Source of the DNA: Ylistrum balloti
Taxonomy: Eukaryota
Length of the DNA: 64,000 nucleotides
Assembly (NCBI RefSeq): GCF_031769215.1
Contig: NW_026782349.1
Location: 239,634 to 303,633, forward strand
Reading direction: 5' to 3'
Shown: positions 49,563-62,102 of the stretch, piece by piece
How positions within the stretch are numbered: the first letter of the stretch is position 1
Layout of the letters: each line of letters begins with the position of its first letter
The notes under the pieces: model-generated
Database searches by the model: none
What the model was told of the DNA's origin: nothing
What the model saw: only the letters and a program-made list of their open reading frames with translations
Translations under genes and position numbers: made by a program

Positions 49563-50838
49563 TACAGACACGTACACAGGTGAAGGTAAGCCAAATTTTA
49601 AGTACCACATATTTTCCTGATGTTTTGGTGTATCATCATCATGCAAGAAATCTTACGCACCTTTATGACTACATATCTATCGATTTGCAGTTTCTATTAT
49701 AAGATATTGGATGAGACAGCAGTAAGTGAAAATGCTGTGTGTAATTTCATAAAGAAGTTAAAAAAACCTTGCAGTGATACCCTAGAGGCTAATTGATACT
49801 GTGAGAAAATATGAGATCTCTTTTGTTGCTTGCCTTGATCAATTGCAATGAAACTATAAAAGCTTAAATAGGAGAGGTAGAGCCAAATACATCTAACATG
49901 TTGTCTCAGTTGAATGCTTAGAAGTTTGTGAGAATGGCAGGTAAATAAGGAGACACAGGTGGCAGGTTTAACAAAAAGGGAGGTTCACCTGAGTGAGAAC
50001 TTTCCATGGTAGAATTTACAGCTGCAAAAGATTGGCATTGGAATATATAATACCAGCTCATATAGTTATACATGCAAGATAGAAACTAATTATCAAAGAA
50101 AAGGATGCTGATAAAAGAGACAGGACTTCATGCTTTTTATGATCAAAACCTTCAACTATAATCTATATTTTAAATACACTGTTGTATTCATAAGAAGATT
50201 AAGCAAAAGATATATGCATGCTTTACCAAAGTGAAAAATTAAGGTATTAAAATTGAACTTGTGCTAATTGAAGGTCATTGCATTTCAAACTATTACAGTA
50301 AAACATTTCTACAATAAACACTAGATAATCTGTCTGTTTAGTGGCCTGTTAAGTATGTAGAGAAAGTACACGAGGATGTAATAACTTCTGCTGACCCTAT
50401 AGGCATGTTTCATTATAGACCTGAATGTAGCTGATCTTATTGGATTATCATTATTTTGATCTTTGATATGACCTTTGTGCAGGATTTAACATCCTTATAA
50501 CAGCTCCGGATATATGAAAAGGCTGCATAATGTGAACTGTCATAAAAAACAGGTATTTAGTTGACACTGAACAGCAAGCTGTTCAAGCATTGTTTAGCTC
50601 TGACCATATATATCCAAACAGCTACATATTTGCAGCGTTTCCATTTATAGAAATTGAAACATGATGCTAATTTGTAGGATCCATATATCTGATAAGCTTA
50701 AGAGGGTTTCATGCAGAATAGTAAATTTGTTTATAATACAGCAAGAGCTCCTACTTCTGTTTGTAATAGACATGTTTTACTGTACCTAACAAGGTGAGAT
50801 GTGGACAGAAACTCTACACTAGCATTAAAGTCACTTAC

Positions 50839-50933
50839 CTGTGTGTGTACTCTCCACCGTGGCAATACTGTCCATTAGAGACCCAGAGTCGTCATGGTCT
50901 TCAGTGTAATATAGATCACGACTCCCATACGGT
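50839..50933 (-). CDS. Exon (RPYGSRDLYYTEDHDDSGSLMDSIATVESTHT)
   Basis: Acceptor tctgacAG; donor g|GTAAGT. Phase-consistent with both neighbours. Confidence 0.5.
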
Positions 50934-52184
50934 CTGTCAGACACATCAACATACAATACTTACTACTTAATTAAGAGATTTCATTATGTGAAACAATTTT
51001 CAGGAACAGAAGTGTCCTGATTAAGAAGATTAATGAAAACAAATAAAAATACTGGATGAGTTCTACTAAAATATCAAGTTATATATCAATGTTATCTAAA
51101 AAATGTTTATGCATGTATTATATCTCAAAATTTTACTGCTGTCAACTACTTCCATCAAAAAATTTTTTCCATATACATACATTAGGTGGTAAATCATATC
51201 CCAATCCATCATATCAAACATGAGGTCAAGGTCACGAGAGGTCAACCTGTCTTTCTCAGACTGCACCCAACGATGTAGACTACACATCATGTCACATTAA
51301 ATATTCTGTTACAACTCTAGTTTCTGATAAAAGCCCTCCACAAAAATTTCCTTTTTATAGAGAAAATCTCACATTCATTGATGCTCCAAAACAAATATCT
51401 TCTTTATGCTCCCAAACTACATCACCGTGTGAAGGTCACAAACAGTTAACCTTGAGATCTTACAGAGATAGTTCCTGATATTGTTGCCATCATAGACAAG
51501 TAACATGACCATGACCAATTTTTTCTGCAGCATTCTCATCCCCTTGTGGTGGAGAAATCACACGAGCATCTTAAATCTACCGATATTTAACAATGACAAT
51601 ACTAGCATTGCTTCAAGGTATATCATCAAATTATGTTGATCCTCCTTACATATGACAGGTGAAATTGAGTATACCATGGTAAAGGGAGTACAGCAACACC
51701 CTATCTCCATCGTATTGTGGATATGGTGAGGTTTCATGCAGTCTGTCAGGGTAACATCCCACATCTTCAATACCCTATTGTGAATGCTTTCATGCAGTCT
51801 GTTATTCCAATAGTCATCAACACTTGCTTAATTAAATACCAGCTTCATTTCCAAGAGTCATCAACACTTGCTTAATTAAATACCATCTCTGTCATTTAAT
51901 GCTGGCTTCAAAGGACAATTTCCTAATCATGTGATGGGGTATATTGGTTACACAAGGTTTTAAGGTGTTCAACAGTTGAAGAAGAGTCCATTTCTCTAGT
52001 CATGTGATGGGGTATATTGGTTACACAAGGTTTTAAGGTGTTGAACAGTTGAAGAAGGATCAATTTGTTTGAGTCTGGGGTAAGATTATTGTTACACAGG
52101 TTTATATGGCATTTTACCTGTTTGACTGGAAAAGGATCTATTTATCTGGTTTATTTGTAATACATTGTGGTAAAGGTGTTTTAC

Positions 52185-52278
52185 CTGTATGGCCGGAGCC
52201 TTGAACCCTCCCGGCGACGTGAGCTGTTGTCAGAGTCATCAGGTGAAATGACACCTCCACTACTGGATGGACTACCCT
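52185..52278 (-). CDS. Exon (EGSPSSSGGVISPDDSDNSSRRREGSRLRPY)
   Basis: Acceptor ccatAG; donor ag|GTAAAA. The phase joins the 50839..50933 exon. Confidence 0.45.
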
Positions 52279-54124
52279 CTATGGAAAAACCCAACAAAAC
52301 ATCAATAAATGGACAATAATGGTCATTGGATTTAGATCGATCATGTGGTGGTCAGCAGTTAGGACAGTGGTGATCAAACTAATAGGGAATAGCATTTTCT
52401 AGACTATAAAGTAGTGTACCTATTCCGTAGCATATATCACATACTGTGGTATTCTACAGTTGTAATCAGAAGAATAGTTGAGGATTTTGTTTCTAGATTC
52501 AACTTTTCTGTTTGGTTTTATAAATAATATAAAATCTCTAAAATATCAAGATGATTTATCATTGATGAAAGTTCTCTTACAGGTTCCTTTCAGCATGGAA
52601 CTCTTTAATGAAGGAGACATTAAATAAATGACTTGTGTATCATATATCCTTAATAATTACACTTAAAAGTTCCCTGACATCTGACAGCAGTGACTGTCTT
52701 GTCAATCAAGATCAATATCTGATACCTTGAAGGTACTAACACCTAACTTCTTGAGTCCTAGCTGTATCTCACACTATATTTAATTATGCATGTCCACCAG
52801 CTGTGCTGAGTCATTTGCTAGAGTTCCTTTAGAAACAACAGGACTCCTCTTACTCAATGTTCAAAAGTCACATAACCATACAGGTTTATTGACTCAATTT
52901 CTCTCCTTTTTTTGTTCTTACCCAATTCTCACTCTTTATTTACATTTAATTGAATTTACACCTTGCCTAATGGCAGAGTGAAATCTATCTTCCGATACTG
53001 TTAATAGATTTTGAACAGGTAAATATGAAGTCGGGAGATAGCTGATCTTATGATTAAGGACACTTGGTCTTCATTTAAAGATAATGTATCAATTTAAATT
53101 TCATTTACAATAAGTCTCCCAACTGAACAACCTTACAATTAAATCAATTATACAATAAAAATTTAATGTTTCTATTTCTCAATTTCAATTTCAATTAATA
53201 TCTTACACATCACTTATGACTAATTTCTGACCTGATCATATTGTGTTGCATAATGCTACAAAAAATGGATGAGAAACAAGTTAAAGTGGAAAACCAATAT
53301 CAAAATAGTTAGAACACGCACATGTAAATAGCACACCTATAATTATATACAGACCACAGAATTAATTTTTATCTTCTTATACAATTTCTTAGGTACTACT
53401 TCCATTCTAGGTCTGTGATATATATAGTTGATCGGAAGAATCAGAACTATTTAAGTGATATTGTAGATATAGGGTTAATCTGTATAATATAAGACATTAT
53501 CATGGTCTCTGAATTAGAGTTATGATAATGAACAGTAACAGCTAGGGCAGGCTTATCACAGGATAAATACACTAACTGTGCAGACTGGGGAAAAAAACCT
53601 TGTGCATTCCACATTGTGGCTGAGTGAGGTGACTTAAGTGGAGTTTCTACAGAACTGCTATGGTCTTTTATAACAAATGTCAGGTGTGTTCCAATACATG
53701 ATCTTAGTTACTGTATAAGCTAGTGATGGGACAGTGATTAGATGTAATCAATTATCTACTGGGGTAATCATTTAACCTTTTCTGATGCAATGGTTCCTTA
53801 CTATTTTCTTGTGTGTTAGCAAAAACAAATTCACAGGAGTAATAAAGATGGCAGTTATTGAATTATAAGATAATATTCAGTCTTTTTCCAATGTTGCCCT
53901 AAAGTTTTTTTCTCTGATTTTGAAGCCATGAAATGGGTAACACAGGAAATTCATAAATTTGTCTTCTCAGCCCATTTATTAAAATCAACTTTTCTACAAG
54001 TTTCTCCTTGTTTCCAAGTTAGCTTAAAGAATCTGTGGTGAGTCTAAAACAAGCACTCAATAATTAACATGCACATATTCACACACAATAGTGTTACATG
54101 TTAGTGTTAACACACCATCTCTAC

Positions 54125-54160
54125 CTCTGTGATGACGACGGAATCTTTTCTTTCTACGAG
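54125..54160 (-). CDS. Tentative 36-nt basic micro-exon (ARRKKRFRRHHR)
   Basis: Flanked by tatttcAG and GTAGAG. Its length is a multiple of 3, so including or skipping it keeps the frame. Possible cassette exon. Confidence 0.2.
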
Positions 54161-54539
54161 CTGAAATAATTGTAAGCATTGGCATACACAATATAAGTAT
54201 ATATATATATATACACACATGCAGGAGAATAAAGAGAAAGCTTTTGTGAAACAATAATAAACGATAAAAAGACTAAAGCAAAGCCTTTCTGCCTTCTTCA
54301 GCTTCCTGAAGTGGATCTTTAAAGTTGAATCTTTTCTCTTTTTTTTCTCTCTTTCCTCTAATATTGCTCTTAATTATATGAAATTTTCAAAATCCTTTTA
54401 AGAAAAAGCAATATTAATTTTTAAATACCACAACAAAGATGGTTGCCCAGTTTTCTGATCAGTCCTAAAATCTGAGGGGCACACACAACAAGAGATCAAG
54501 AGGAATCTACATATAAGATCTGGGAAAGATCTTCTCAAG

Positions 54540-55170
54540 ACGTGATAACAAACTTTCATACCAGTAATCAAAATCCAAGATGGCCACTTGCCAGCTATTT
54601 TCTTTTCTTAATCAATCCAAAAATTGACACTGTACAACTAGGGACCAAGGGGAATCTAATATGAAATCTAAGAGTGATCTGCAATCTATTAGTGTCAAAA
54701 TCCTAGATATACCCCTGTCACCCACATTGTTTTACAGGTCCGTCTGAAAATGGGATACTGCACAATCTAGAGACCAAGGGGTCCCTATATGTGAAATTTG
54801 AGAATGATTCATTCACTGAGTAATTCTCCAAAAATAGTAATAACAAACTATTACTGCCAAAATCCAAGAAGGCCACCTGTCCTTAATGTTATTTTTCAGA
54901 TAAGTTAAAAATGTGAGAATGTACAAACTAGGGAACAAGGGATCCTTACATATGAAATTTGAGAGTGATAAATTAAGCAATTCTCCCAAAATAGTGATAG
55001 CAAACTATTACTGCCAAAATCCAAGATGGCCACCTCTTGGCCATGTTGTTTTTCAGATTAGTCCGAAAATGGGACAATGCTCAAAAAGTGACCAAGAGGT
55101 CCTTACATATGAAATTTGAAAAAGATCTTTCAAATACTTCTCCAAAAATAGCAATAACAAGAATTGTTTC
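54540..55170. repeat. About 150-bp tandem unit x4 (..CCAAAATCCAAGATGGCCAC..GACCAAGGGGTCCCTATATGTGAAATTTGAGAATGAT..)
   Basis: The anchors CCAAGA(T/A)GGCCAC are at 54575, 54865 and 55021. There is a diverged copy around 54700. Confidence 0.8.
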
Positions 55171-56507
55171 AGGATAGCCTGGTAGATCCTGACAACGAAC
55201 CACAGAAGCAGGGCAATTGGAACAGCCCATCATCTGATGATGGTGATATAAACAGAAAACACAACACAATATCATACTGATATCTACCATCTTCAGGCAT
55301 ACATATATTTACAATATACAAAGTAATACTTTTCAGAATTAAGAAACCTAACTTCCTTTTGTAATTTGTGTATTGACTTCCTTATGATCAGAAAATAACT
55401 ATCAGTGAATTAGCACATAACTAATTTCCAACGAGACAGCCATACTCATGAAGTAATTTGCATAGATAGTAGTGATAAACACTGTAAACAAATGTTTGCT
55501 GTAGAATGCAATTTTCTAAAGAATGTTGCACACAGTTTACAACACTTCAAACTTTATTAAAACTTAATTCAGCACATGTATTTAAAACATTTGTCATTTC
55601 ACCATCACAATTCCCCTTTAGGGGGAACAGGGCCCCCTTTACATCATCAACTTTCCATTTATCCGAGCATGCAGTGAGGCTTTATACCTATGGCAATTGT
55701 TTCACAGTTATTTCCAATGATCATTCTGACTTCAGATCAATCCTGATCCTTAGATGATCCAAGCACTTTAGTTGGTAACTCTTGGCTTTGTAGCTAATGC
55801 AATGACTTTTTTTGTTCACCATCCCTTAATGCAGAACACCGAACTGCTTATGATGGCAAGTTCTTAAATACATGATCAGTCAGTTCCTTCTGAGCTTTAA
55901 TGAGAAATCCCTTAAAATCTTTGATTTAGGAAGAGAGATTTGGTCATTCCCATATCACCAGTATCTAATTGATTATCAAATTTATTTTTCAGTGAATTTC
56001 GACCACACTTTCCTGTAAAGACATGTATAGTAATTATATGAAAATCTAAGAAACCTATAGTAACTACTGTTGGCAAAACTTAGTAAAGAGGTACAGTTGG
56101 GAAAAAGTAAACAAAAATGCACTTTCTCCTCAAACATTTATATCTAAACAACCATCCACATGTGTTTTTTTCTTTATTATTCACAGTACATGTATTATGA
56201 AAACAATTATGGAAAATAACGATAGCAGCCAAGATGAAAAACTGAAGTCACTGAAGGTCACAAACTTATTTCTTTATGCTTTCATAATCTTTCTTTCATG
56301 TAAATATGCTACTAAATATATTTTTTCAAATTAAGGTAATAAAGAAGTGACCCACTTTGGCAATTAGTAAGAAACTATAAGAGATTGATCTACAAATTCT
56401 GTGAACAGAGTGACAGGAATGGGAAGAACAAACTATGAAATAATACAACATAATAAAGATAATATAACTAAGCTATGTATAGGTGACATGCTCTTGTTCT
56501 TACTGAC

Positions 56508-56602
56508 CTTGTTGTGGGCTGTTGCCTCCATACGTCTCCTGACGATCACTCCCTGATCGTGACAGGCGGGCACTCTTACTGCTGGACGGGCGACCATCAT
56601 CC
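56508..56602 (-). CDS. Exon (GDDGRPSSSKSARLSRSGSDRQETYGGNSPQQ)
   Basis: Acceptor tttttcAG lies directly against the 41-bp array. Donor g|GTCAGT. Phase-consistent. Confidence 0.45.
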
Positions 56603-56649
56603 CTGAAAAATAGACATACAAAAAGTGAGTGAAAAACAGCATGTAAAAA

Positions 56650-57245
56650 TTAATGGAAGAAGGAAGTTGGTGAAGAACAGCATGGCAGAGTTAATGGAAG
56701 AAGGAAGTTGGTGAAGAACAGCATGGCAGAGTTAATGGAAGAAGGAAGTCGGTGAAGAACAGCATGGCAGAGTTAATGGAAGAAGGAAGTTGGTGAAGAA
56801 CAGCATGGCAGAGTTAATGGAAGAAGGAAGTTGGTGAAGAACAGCATGGCAGAGTTAATGGAAGAAGGAAGTTGGTGAAGAACAGCATGGCAGAGTTAAT
56901 GGAAGAAGGAAGTCGGTGAAGAACAGCATGGCAGAGTTAATGGAAGAAGGAAGTCGGTGAAAAACAGCATGGCAGAGTTAATGGGAGAAGGAAGTTGGTG
57001 AAGAACAGCATGGCAGAGTTAATGGAAGAAGGAAGTTGGTGAAGAACAGCATGGCAGAGTTAATGGAAGAAGGAAGTAGGTGAAAAACAGCATGGCAGAG
57101 TTAATGGAAGAAGGAAGTCGGTGAAGAACAGCATGGCAGAGTTAATGGAAGAAGGAAGTTGGTGAAGAACAGCATGGCAGAGTTAATGGAAGAAGGAAGT
57201 TGGTGAAGAACAGTATGCCAGAGTTACTGGAAGAAGGAAGTTTGT
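56650..57245. repeat. 41-bp minisatellite, about 14 units (TAATGGAAGAAGGAAGTTGGTGAAGAACAGCATGGCAGAGT), directly against the acceptor of the minus-strand exon 56508..56602
   Basis: Period 41. The array ends in the polypyrimidine tract and AG of the exon, read on the minus strand. Confidence 0.9.
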
Positions 57246-57391
57246 TAAGAACTGCATGGTTAAGTTATCAGAAGAACAGTTCATTGTTAAAAAATATAAC
57301 TTTTATTTAACAAATTCTGATGGAAATTTCTAAGCTTTAAAGCAAACTTTGAGATTTTCTTAAAATTTTTATTGATGTAAACAGCTCTTAC

Positions 57392-57493
57392 CCAGCAGGT
57401 GATGAAGAGAGTCTACGGTCAGTCAGCGATGTTGTGTTGTCATCACGACTCAACGGTGCCGCTTCCTCTGACCTACTTCTGATATGTCGTTCC
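57392..57493 (-). CDS. Exon (ERHIRSRSEEAAPLSRDDNTTSLTDRRLSSSPAG)
   Basis: Acceptor tatttAG; donor gg|GTAAGA. In phase with its neighbours. Confidence 0.45.
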
Positions 57494-57589
57494 CTAAATA
57501 CAGACCATCAGTAAAAGAATAAGAGATTTTGCATAACGAAACTTTTAAAGGCCAAAGAATACAAAAGTTTTTCAATTTCTAAAAAGATG

Positions 57590-58320
57590 TTTGTAAATGA
57601 AAAGTGTCTTTTATATAAATAATGCAAAAACAATGCAACTGATGTAAAAATTTTGCCATCAAAGTACAAATAATGCCACTGAGGTATAAAAACAGCCACT
57701 AAAGAATATATAATGCCACTGTGGTATATATAATGCCACTGAGCTACAAATAATGCAACTAAGGTGACAATAATGTCTCTAAGGAACAAATAATGCCACT
57801 ATGGTATACATATTGCCACTAAGGACCTTAGGTAAAAATAATGCACTAAGGTACATACAATGCCACTGAGGTACAAATAACATCACTTAGGCACCTAGGT
57901 ATCAATAATGCCACTAAGGAATAAATAAGCCACTATTGAACAGAGGTAAAAATAAAGCCACTTTGGAACAAATAATGCCACTGAGGTACAAATAATGTTA
58001 CTAAGGTACCTAGGTATTGATAATGCCACTAAGGAACAAATAATACCAATATGGAACAAAGGTAAAAATAATTCCACTATCGAACAAATAATGCCACTAT
58101 GGAACAAATAATGCCATTGAGGCACAAATAATGCCACTGAAGTATCAATAAAGCAAGTATTGAACAAATTATGCCACTCAGAAAACAAAACTTTTCACTA
58201 AGGTACAAATAATACCACTGAGGTATAAATAATGCTACAGAGGAACAAATAATGCCACTGTGTTTTATATATAATGCCACTGAGGTATTAATGCTGATAC
58301 TTGAGATATGAATTTGCACA
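57590..58320. repeat. About 22-bp degenerate minisatellite (AATAATGCCACTAAGGTACAAAT variants)
   Basis: Direct reading. The short minus-strand ORFs across it are artefacts. Confidence 0.85.
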
Positions 58321-59452
58321 GGTTTACAGTATATACACAACACACCAGAGGTATAAAATTAAGATTTTTACAATGAAAGGATGACTGAATGTACACTGTA
58401 CAGCACTTTTATATGGATATATATCCATTACAGTAATGATAAGGAAAATACACATAATACAATGTATAAAACCAAATACATACATATATACTAGACTTTT
58501 AAAGTGCATTAGGCATCAACTATATGTATGGGGGGGAGGGGTGGTAAAATGTAACAAAATGTAAAATTCAAATCACTGCATTAGAATATAGAAAAAAAAT
58601 GTATGTCTAGTACAAAACTTAAAACCAACTGAAGGTTTTATAGGATTGCTGATGTTGAGCTGTGTAGGAGTCATTAATGTGTTAATATTCTCTATGTATA
58701 AGACAGGAAGCAATTATGTACACATAAACAGATTTGTCCAATTAGCATTTTGAATATTGACTACATATAAACATATACATATTCATCTATTAAGTGTTTG
58801 GAATATTGAGTATCTAAATAATTAGTAATGCTGTGCATATTGCAAATTAATCAAATCAATTTATATAATGGTTATTATATACCAGGTAAATTATATCATA
58901 TACACAGAACACAAGATCTATACAATAATCATAATGAATAGAAAACAAAGTTTCACGACTAATGAAATCCTTTTTACTCTTAATTCCCAATAAATTGTTT
59001 AATGAATAATAAAGTTTATCTGATGAATTAGGGATACATAGTAAGAGGTGAATTTTGGTTAGGTAAAGTGCATTACAATGGGCAGTGAGGTAAAACATGC
59101 AGGTTTGGGAGTCTATAGGCTATATTCTAATACTGTACAGTATATCAAACCTGAAGGGACATTGTTGACATAGACATGACTCCTTGCCATCAACATCCCT
59201 CTAGTGGCCAAAGAATACTCCTGTATTTTACTCTAAGAAATATCCATACAACATCTTATTTTCTGAATGGATATCCCTTTTAAAATTTCAAAATTTTGAT
59301 ATTTCAAAAAAGTTGAAACAGTTTTCAAACATTTCTTCAGAAGCTTTGCTCTTTAGATAATAAGTGTTGCAATAACTGAGGTAGGACTCTTTAGGTGCCA
59401 AATACTTTCAACAATAATCTTTTTGTGTGTCTAATTGATGGCCACACTGTAC

Positions 59453-59528
59453 CTGTCGGGACTAATCCTGAAGTCGGGTGAGAGGTCACGAGGGTCGCTC
59501 AATCGTCGCTGTTGGTCTCTCTGCTGGA
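59453..59528 (-). CDS. Candidate exon (..QQRDQQRRLSDPRDLSPDFRISPD)
   Basis: Flanked by cccAG and GTACAG. Its phase links to the 57392..57493 exon. Boundaries are uncertain. Confidence 0.3.
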
Positions 59529-62102
59529 CTGGGCAGTTGTCCAGATCATTAAGAAAAAAACGTTCACTGCAAAACAGGATTGGTGGTGAAAGGTAGGGGG
59601 TGCGGATACACTCTGTGGCACACAGGGCAGTGAGGGGCAGTCCCTCTGGATACGATAAGGCTTATTTCAATGAGATTTATACTGGTTAGAAAATGGGGTT
59701 TTGTTAAAAGACACTTAAATAGGTAAGTGTACAAGTTAAATGGTAACATGTATCTTACATGGTTCTCGGATACAGATATTTTGATCGTTAAACCAAAATT
59801 TTGCATTCTGTATTTAAGTAATGAAGAAGCTTTTCAGAAATTTTGAGTAAGGTCCCATACTATCAATTTTGGGTATTTGTTCTGTTTTTTGATAATGTGT
59901 AACAGCAGATTATAAAAGCATACACTGGTGTAATGCTCCATAACCCAATCATATATCATATACAGGAAACATTGATAAAATACTAATTCTACAAAACAAA
60001 CCCAAGTTATTAATAGCCACAGCTGTGACTGATAATGAATGTTGCAGAACATTTTCATTTATCAAGATTGAAATTTCAGCAAATATGATTACAAAAATTA
60101 TGTAGGAATATGCCAACCGTGACATGAAGTTTGATATACAAGCAAATGACAGAAACATGCATACTTATACAAGCCAAACTTGTGTACAGAGTTTTTAAGC
60201 TTGTTATATGAAAAATTTAACCCCCAACCAATAAAAAGAACAATGTCATGTACTACCTAATATTGATGAACTGATCACTTTTAGGGAGGTATTTACATTG
60301 AAACAAGAAACATTTAAATAGAGTGAGTTCAATGTTCACATTTATCAACAATTTACATATTTATTTATCTTTAGGGATCTCTGAAAGCTTTTTACTTATT
60401 TTTTAAAATTCTTTTATCAAAGCATTTTTTTTCAGAATCATTTTATAATTAATCTATTTCCTAAAAGTAATGCCAGCCTCCTGTCCACCCTGTTGCCATA
60501 AACACATGTACTATTTGACATCCAAATAATGCCATGTACTCCAGGAACACACTCAACACAACTGTGATTCAAAAACTGTGATTTATCTTTGATATGTTCA
60601 ATGTCTGGACCTAAAAAATCCAAATAATTACACTCAATTTAAATTGTAATATTACCAATTAGATATATCTAAGGTTTTTTCTCTGTTTGCATGTTTATAC
60701 AATACATACCTAGGTTTTTTTTTTATTGCTGTCATAAAGATATCATTTTTTAAATATACATTTCTGAATGCAAACCTTAAAATTTTCAGCACTTATTCCA
60801 ACGTAACTTTTTTCCTGTGATGATTTCACATGATATTCACACATGAAGCTAGAGTAGCTTCCCCTGAGGTCAATTATAGCTCTACATAACAAGAGAGTAT
60901 TAGTTCCAGACATTGCCATACTTGGGAAAAACACATGATAAAACATTCATAAAACAGGGTGTGATGTGATAAAGTCAGTGAATTATATCAGAGAAATCAG
61001 TAATTGCATGAATACCAATACTAGGATGTTCATCATGAGATCAATGATGTGCTTCAACGCACAATAAAATTAACCTAAATCCTTCTTTAAAAACTAACCA
61101 TGATACCTGAAATCACAGACAGCCATGTTCTTACTCCTTACAATATATGTCTAGTGCCATTTTGATGGCGGATGAAAACATGGGAGACAACTCCCTCTAA
61201 TGGAATGGATGCAATCTAGTTAATTGTAAATATTACTAGGAAGATCATTAACACATAACAATCAACTAACTTGTTAAGTAAATTCCATCTACTACAAGAA
61301 TTCTATGTAATATTGGTAAAGTGCAGCTCAAGAAGTCTGCAGTTATAATCATTGATCTACATACAGAGCAGGATTCTTTTATCCAAACTGACAATTTTCT
61401 ACTTGAAATATTAAGTGATATGTGAAGTGATGTATGTACTGAGCGCTGTGAACAGATGAATGTGCAGTGAACTGCTGTTGTGAGTTCAATGTTGACAACG
61501 AATATGATGTGATGGAAATGCCATAGGCTCTAGTTTATCATTTACAAATAAATTAATTACTCACATTTTATTGTGAAGTGAAATTATGTGAATTCCATTT
61601 AAGAAAAATGAATTAAATATCAAATCCTACAAATTATATTGGTGATACATTACAACAACGAGTGTGAACATTGATGATTAAAAAGTGTGTCATAACAAAA
61701 AAGTTCAAAAGGCTGCTAAAATGAGAAAATGAAATGTAAATAAAAAGACATAAATGACTTCACAGTGTAAAATAACAGTGCACATGAGAATGTTTAAGAA
61801 TTCTTTTTATGTTTCCATTATTTTAGTTAACTATACTAATGAAAGATATATCACTACTGATTGTGACTGTCTACTCTCAGATCGAAAACATTCATACACA
61901 AATTACAAAAATACAGAATAATATAAACTACTGTAAATCTATTTGTGTTTAAAGAGAAAAGCTATATAAGTTGAGTCATCTAAGTTGTTTTCCTAATTAC
62001 CAAAATGTGCAGACAGCAGGAGATGGGAACAATATGGTATTCATCCAATTTCCATCTCTATATATACTAGCCGGTAGGGAATTCACTCATTAAAAACTTA
62101 CT

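Noticed and set aside
60438-60946. Short minus-strand ORFs between the 62-kb and 59.5-kb exons, as potential linking exons
   Set aside because: They have no convincing splice sites, and their composition is unlike the flanking exons. This leaves open whether the 62-kb exon belongs to the same gene.
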